32,000 nucleotides of DNA from an uncultured archaeon (lineage in GTDB: Archaea > Asgardarchaeota > Lokiarchaeia > Sigyniarchaeales > Promethearchaeaceae): positions 42,711 to 74,710 of the forward strand of contig CAYRPF010000006.1 in the NCBI GenBank assembly GCA_964426185.1. Reading direction: 5' to 3'. Of this stretch, positions 26,867-32,000 are shown in pieces. Position 1 is the first letter of the stretch; the number at the start of each line of letters is the position of its first letter. The position numbers were made by a program, and so were the translations under genes. The notes below the pieces were generated by a model, which worked only from the letters and a program-made list of their open reading frames with translations, was not told the DNA's origin and did no database searches.

Positions 26867-27478
26867 ATGAATACTGAAGATGAAGGATCAGAAAAAAAAA
26901 AAGTTAAACTTTCAAACGAAGAACCTAGTAAAGAATTGCGTGAAGAATCAGATGATGAATCAGACGAAAAATCCGATGAAGAAAAGGTGCAGGTAATCGA
27001 CGTTAGCAATTTCTTCAATTATCAGAAAGCCCTGAATTCATTAATGGATTATCTGAATGTGTCAATAGATGAAACAATTTCTGGATTTACTCGTTCAGAT
27101 CAACTGTTATTTTCCCATGCGAATAAAAAATTGATCCTAAATGCGATTTTGGAATCTGGTTTTTATGATTTCTGCAAAATGCGGTTAGCTGAAGTTGCTC
27201 AAAGCAATGTTATTGAAGATCAAGAAAGTTTTATGGCAGTGATGAGTCAAATTCAAGGGGAAATTGATCTTCTCGCTTATTTGTTGGTGAATACCCGGTT
27301 GGCACACCGAACTTTGAATTTTGATCTTTTTCTCAGTCTATTAAAAGGTGGATTATTCGTTGATATTTTAGAAACACATGAACAAATAGTTAAGGATATG
27401 CGCAAGCACGCTCAAGATTTGAATCCGCAGAATATTAAGGAGAATGTGAAAGTTTCAGATAATTCGTTTTACATTTAA
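26867..27478 (+). CDS. Hypothetical helical protein with acidic disordered N-terminus and C-terminal HbYX-like motif (F-Y-I)
   Basis: 203-aa ORF. D/E/K-rich first 40 aa, helical core, ends DNSFYI. TATA-like TTATAAA about 27 bp upstream. Confidence 0.7.
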   Translation: MNTEDEGSEKKKVKLSNEEPSKELREESDDESDEKSDEEKVQVIDVSNFFNYQKALNSLMDYLNVSIDETISGFTRSDQLLFSHANKKLILNAILESGFYDFCKMRLAEVAQSNVIEDQESFMAVMSQIQGEIDLLAYLLVNTRLAHRTLNFDLFLSLLKGGLFVDILETHEQIVKDMRKHAQDLNPQNIKENVKVSDNSFYI

Positions 27479-27484
27479 CCTTTT

Positions 27485-28417
27485 TTATTCTTTCAAGTGT
27501 TTCACCATTTTATAGGCTTTTTGCGAAACAGCCACATATAGTTCTCTAAATACTTGATAAAATTGGTCAGGTTTCTCCAGATTCGGTGCCAAATTCAAAG
27601 TTTCTAATATATTAATTTCTGAAGTGGGTTTAGTAAATCGAAAACCTATTTGATAAGGAGCTTTGGGTTGAATAAAGGATGAAGGATCGATTTCTTGCGC
27701 GGGGAGAATTGGAACTTCGAAATTTTTTTCTGCAATATTGACCATTTTGCGGATTTTTTTTACCGATATTGAAATTGGTTCATTGGCACAACTTCGAGCA
27801 TGTTTAATGGTGCAAAGTAATTCTTCTCTGGCTTTTCCTCTCAGTTTTAATAAAAGAAATGGGTCGAAATCAAATACCCGCGCCACATACAATACCGTTG
27901 CTGCAATATGTTTGCAAGGAATTTCCTTATCTGGGCAAGAACAAGATGCATTGAGTTTAGTAGTAGGATTGGGAAACAAATCATATCCCAATTCTTCAAA
28001 AATTCTTTCGAAATCTTCAGGAATTGAATTTTCTAATAACTTAATGGTATAATATGCTTTTTCAGCGATTTTCATTGAAATCTGATTCCATACATCATCG
28101 GGAATCGTATCAAATAAAACTTTAACGCGGTATGGAGTAGGGGCTGTTCCTTGTACGGTGGCAAAGATCATACCAGGTGAAATTGTAATATTTGATAAAC
28201 GCTCTTCCTGTGCGTATCTAATTCCCCGCTGCATTCGAAAAGGCCGTCCATATCCAAGCATTCTATCCACCCAAAGGCGTCCCCATCGAGTTTTAGCAAA
28301 TCCATGCAGTTCTTTTTTGATATCTTGAACTACTTTACGAACATTGCTCCCTCGAGAATTGGTGGTTCTTTTATTATATTCCTTACGTGTTATTTCTTTT
28401 TTATTCGATTTTTTCAT
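27485..28417 (-). CDS. SWIM zinc-finger protein partnered with SNF2 helicase
   Basis: WGRLW, RMQRGIRYA, ATVQGT..PYRV, CSCPD...CKHIAA, DPFLLLKLRG. True start is probably the ATG at 28417 (TAATG overlap with the SNF2 stop). Confidence 0.9.
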   Translation of the reverse strand: MKKSNKKEITRKEYNKRTTNSRGSNVRKVVQDIKKELHGFAKTRWGRLWVDRMLGYGRPFRMQRGIRYAQEERLSNITISPGMIFATVQGTAPTPYRVKVLFDTIPDDVWNQISMKIAEKAYYTIKLLENSIPEDFERIFEELGYDLFPNPTTKLNASCSCPDKEIPCKHIAATVLYVARVFDFDPFLLLKLRGKAREELLCTIKHARSCANEPISISVKKIRKMVNIAEKNFEVPILPAQEIDPSSFIQPKAPYQIGFRFTKPTSEINILETLNLAPNLEKPDQFYQVFRELYVAVSQKAYKMVKHLKE

Positions 28418-31400
28418 TAGAAAAACCCCTGAGATTTCGAAAAGCTGAATAATTCCTTTAATTCTTCGTTGGAAAGTGAAGTAATCCAAGTTTCTCCCTT
28501 TACAGATAATATCCGTTCTGCAAGATCCTGTTTTTCTTCCAACATTTGATCGATTTTCTCTTCAATTGTTCCCGTTGTGATAAATTTATACACGTTAACT
28601 GTATGCTTTTGACCAATGCGATAGGCTCGATCGGTGGCTTGAGCTTCGACGGAAGGATTCCACCAACGATCGAAATGAAAAACAGTCGAGGCTTGCGTGA
28701 GATTTAATCCTGTACCGCCAGCTCTTAGGGATAAAATTAAGATGGGAATACTGTCCAGCGCAGTGGATTGAAAACTATCTACCAATTTTTGCCGTTGCCG
28801 TTCTGGAATTCCACCATGGAACCAGCCAATTGGGATGTGATACTTCATCTCGAGAAAATCTTTAAGCATGTCTCCCATTTGCTTGAATTGAGTAAAAATA
28901 AGGAGTTTATCTCCTTCTTCCAAGATTTCATCAATCATTTCGGAAATTCTTTCTATTTTTGGAGAAGCATGGAGAAATTCTGGGTAAGGAATTTGAATAT
29001 TCTCTCCATTCAAGGTGCTGGTAAAGGAAGATTTTGCGTTTTTTGGCAATATCTGTATCTTTTTCCCTGGATTATACAGAAATTGAGCGGGATGGTTACA
29101 AATCTGTTTAGTGAAAGTAAGTAATCTTAAAATTAAACCTTTCCGCTGGATACTGCTTTCTTCAAGGTTTTCCAGCTCTTGCATGGTGTTTTTCACCACT
29201 TGAGAATATAATTGGGCTTGTTGAGGGCTTAATTCCAAATAAATTTTTATTTCATTCTTTTCCGGTAAATCTTGGATTATCGATTTATCGGTTTTCAAGC
29301 GCCGAAGAATAAATGGTGCAATAAATTGTTGGAGTTTTGCGGCTTTTTGTTCGTCATGATAACGTTCGATAAATAGAACAAATTTTTGTTGAAATACTCG
29401 TCTTTGACCCAACAATCCTGGATTGAGAAAATTAAAAAGCGTCCATAATTCTAACAAACGATTTTCTATCGGTGTGCCGCTAAGTGCAATTCTGAATTGA
29501 GATTTTAATTTAAATACAGCTTTGGTTTTTAGAGCTTGGTAATTTTTGATGTTTTGTGATTCGTCTAATACAATTCCAGCAAAAGTTATTGTTTCTAAGA
29601 GAGAAATGTCGTTTCGAACTGTTCCATAGGTTGTGAGAATAATCAGGTGATTTTGATTGAATTTCTTTACAGCATCTAGATCTTTTATCCGATCTTGCCC
29701 ATGATGGGTATATACTTCGAATTCTGGGGCAAATCTTTGTATTTCCCGGCGCCAGTTAAACAATACAGATGTTGGACAAATAACTAAGATGGAACCTGGT
29801 GCATGGGGGAAATCCTCTTTTCTTCGCTGCAAAAAACTAATTACTTCTACTGTTTTTCCCAATCCCATATCATCTGCGAGGCAAACTCCAAAATTTAAAT
29901 TGGTCATGTGATACAACCATGTTAGGGCTCTTAATTGGTATTGACGCAGTGTGCCTTGAAAATTAGAAGGTGCTGAGATTGAAGGGAATTCATGGATAGT
30001 TTGTAAGGTATCAATTATTGATTGGAAATTTCCTTCCACCACTACTTCATAAGGCTGTGAATTTTCAGATAATTGAACATCTCCAATCATACCTAATTTG
30101 ATGGCTTCACTTGCGGGAATTTCGCCCTTTATTTTTGATTGCTTTTCAAAAATTGGGCGTAAATTTTCCATATCTTCAGGATCGACCAATATCCAATGAT
30201 CTCTCCAAAATATTAAGGGTTCACGTTTATTGGCTAACTTCAAGAATTCTTGCTCGGTAAGAGGTTGACCTTCAATGGTACCCTCCCAATGAAACTCTAA
30301 CATAGAATTCATATCAAACAGAGCTTGTGGTGCGCCCTTTGCTTGTATTGAACCACCACCTTGTCTTGAACTGGTGGCATCTTCTTGAATTTTAGAATTT
30401 TCTGTTTTTTTTTCTCGAATTACCAATCTTGCACTTAGGCGTTGTTGCCCTTTAGCTGCAAATTCATCAGGTAAGATTACATTAAAACCTGCTTGAATAA
30501 GAAGGTACATGGAATATCTCATAAAATCCATTACTTCTTCCGCCTTTAATTTAACCTGCGATGGACTTTTTCCAAAAAGAGCCCGTTTAATGGGTGGAAA
30601 CAATTTTGATGAAGTACCTAAAGCTCGAAGCACTTCTTCTTGCAATCCGCTTTCATCTTCGCAAACATTGGCAAATTCCGCATTATGGGTCAGAATTCCT
30701 GCCCAAAGTTCATTTAAAGGAATGAAATAATCTGGATCATGCAAAGGTTGAAGGTAAAAGCCCAGTGTCCAATCGGATTTCTCTGTTTTTGGGTATTCTA
30801 ACCGGAATGTAAAGGATAAACCATAAGCAAAGGAAAAACCTTGAATGTTTTGGACCCAATTACGGAGAATTCCTGGAATAGGTGTATCACAAAAGCGAGT
30901 AATTTTGAATTCTCGGTGTTTAGTGATACATGAATATAAAAATCTTAAATCCCAAGAGGTTGTCGGCTCATCCAAACAAGCATTCTCCAAATCCTCGGGG
31001 GAATACTGATATAAGGAAGAAAATCGCTCGAAAAATTTATCTGTAAGTGATTCTCTGATGAGTAAATCGCCTATTGTATCCATGTAATTTACGAATAGAT
31101 AGGAAGGGTGCCATAATCCTGAAGTTTGGTAATAATGAAACGATTTATGGGGAGGAATGAAATCAATTGGGATATTATAAGCACTCCAAGCACTAGTTCG
31201 TAGCACTCGATTAAATCGCTGATAATCAAGCTGGCTTTTTAAAATCATCTTCCAATGCCCTTCAAATATATTTGGTTTGAATTCAATTAAATTCGGGACA
31301 AAATTACCTCTGGTGAGTAGCTCCATGGTAAGTTTAGTTAGATAGGTCCATGTTTTTATTGATTCTGAATATTGAGGGATTCTTTTTGTACGATCTTTGG

Positions 31401-31845
31401 TTTCAATAATTTGGAGTTCAAAAAGTAGTTTGATTGCAGGCGGTAACGGAATGATTTTGCCATAGATCAAGTGTAATCTATAATTTTTAACTGGAGATGC
31501 GTCTTTTTGGAAGGTTTGTGAAAAATCATGAGGCATCGCTAAGAATATTTCGCATTCTAACAATTTCTTGACTGGAATTTGGGGAAAATACCACGACATT
31601 TCCTGATCTAAATTTTTACGCTTTTTTTGAAGTTGTTTTTGGCTAAAATCAGAATTATAATGATCTAGAGTTGCATCTTTTTCTGAATCAAATGAAATAG
31701 TTGATGTTTCAGTCAATTGAGTGGTGTCCCACATGATAAAAAAACTTGAATCTGAAGGAGGTTCAGTTTTTTTTGAAATCAAACGAAAATGCGAATGTGG
31801 TTCGTTCCAATATTTCGAAGGTAAATATGTTAATTGCAAATTCAT
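28417..31845 (-). CDS. SNF2-family ATPase/helicase (DUF3670-type N-terminal region)
   Basis: LRQYQ, CLADDMGLGKT, LVICPTSVLFNW, LDESQNIKN, ALSGTPIENRL.ELW, PFILRRLK, KQICNHP, LIFTQF, SLRAGGTGLNL, DRWWNP..E.QATDRAYRIGQ. Confidence 0.95.
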   Translation of the reverse strand: MNLQLTYLPSKYWNEPHSHFRLISKKTEPPSDSSFFIMWDTTQLTETSTISFDSEKDATLDHYNSDFSQKQLQKKRKNLDQEMSWYFPQIPVKKLLECEIFLAMPHDFSQTFQKDASPVKNYRLHLIYGKIIPLPPAIKLLFELQIIETKDRTKRIPQYSESIKTWTYLTKLTMELLTRGNFVPNLIEFKPNIFEGHWKMILKSQLDYQRFNRVLRTSAWSAYNIPIDFIPPHKSFHYYQTSGLWHPSYLFVNYMDTIGDLLIRESLTDKFFERFSSLYQYSPEDLENACLDEPTTSWDLRFLYSCITKHREFKITRFCDTPIPGILRNWVQNIQGFSFAYGLSFTFRLEYPKTEKSDWTLGFYLQPLHDPDYFIPLNELWAGILTHNAEFANVCEDESGLQEEVLRALGTSSKLFPPIKRALFGKSPSQVKLKAEEVMDFMRYSMYLLIQAGFNVILPDEFAAKGQQRLSARLVIREKKTENSKIQEDATSSRQGGGSIQAKGAPQALFDMNSMLEFHWEGTIEGQPLTEQEFLKLANKREPLIFWRDHWILVDPEDMENLRPIFEKQSKIKGEIPASEAIKLGMIGDVQLSENSQPYEVVVEGNFQSIIDTLQTIHEFPSISAPSNFQGTLRQYQLRALTWLYHMTNLNFGVCLADDMGLGKTVEVISFLQRRKEDFPHAPGSILVICPTSVLFNWRREIQRFAPEFEVYTHHGQDRIKDLDAVKKFNQNHLIILTTYGTVRNDISLLETITFAGIVLDESQNIKNYQALKTKAVFKLKSQFRIALSGTPIENRLLELWTLFNFLNPGLLGQRRVFQQKFVLFIERYHDEQKAAKLQQFIAPFILRRLKTDKSIIQDLPEKNEIKIYLELSPQQAQLYSQVVKNTMQELENLEESSIQRKGLILRLLTFTKQICNHPAQFLYNPGKKIQILPKNAKSSFTSTLNGENIQIPYPEFLHASPKIERISEMIDEILEEGDKLLIFTQFKQMGDMLKDFLEMKYHIPIGWFHGGIPERQRQKLVDSFQSTALDSIPILILSLRAGGTGLNLTQASTVFHFDRWWNPSVEAQATDRAYRIGQKHTVNVYKFITTGTIEEKIDQMLEEKQDLAERILSVKGETWITSLSNEELKELFSFSKSQGFF

Positions 31846-31860
31846 AATGCGAACGCGCCC

Positions 31861-31921
31861 AATAATTACTCATACGGAGATCTCATGATAATCTCCCTAT
31901 AGTAACTAATAATTACTCATA
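31861..31921. repeat. 14-bp direct repeat upstream of the SNF2 gene
   Basis: AATAATTACTCATA at 31861-31874 and 31908-31921, each followed closely by GATCT. Confidence 0.6.
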
Positions 31922-32000
31922 TTGGATCTGCCTTAAAAATTGTGATTTAAATTTTGAGGATTGTTGAAAAATATGATGAAAAATTTCTCATTTTATAATT

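Noticed and set aside
28418-28489. N-terminal extension of the SWIM ORF overlapping SNF2 by 73 bp
   Set aside because: The ATG at 28417 gives a standard TAATG coupling; the extension is probably not translated.
31861-31921. CRISPR array
   Set aside because: Only two 14-bp copies; too short and too few, with no cas genes in the window.

Overview
AT-rich archaeal chromosomal window. The archaeal information genes (rpl21e-rpo4-DUF655-ksgA-hemK2, SecY/Sec61-alpha, DUF106, archaeal-type TrpRS), an LRR fusion, Ig-like surface proteins and many bacterial-type metabolic genes suggest an Asgard archaeon, probably Lokiarchaeia; this assignment is an inference. In order, the window holds two membrane-anchored surface glycoproteins; a tightly coupled minus-strand operon of PlsC acyltransferase, degenerate PlsC paralogue, two DUF2229/2-hydroxyacyl-CoA-dehydratase-like Fe-S subunits, an ASKHA activator ATPase and a possible small ORF; an Xaa-Pro peptidase; the rpl21e cluster; a minimal SufC-SufB (SMS-type) pair; class II ribonucleotide reductase with an N-terminal ATP-cone and C-terminal LRR extension; ClpB; TrpRS; secY-DUF106; an orphan protein ending in an HbYX motif; and a SNF2-SWIM pair. 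The best candidate for a new system is the lipid operon. It looks like a split version of the bacterial plasmalogen synthase / glycerol ester reductase (PlsA/PlsR/Ger) machinery co-transcribed with acyltransferases, i.e. a possible route from fatty-acyl ester lipids to ether lipids in an archaeon. No rRNA, tRNA or CRISPR array was recognised. All family assignments come from motif recognition, not database searches.
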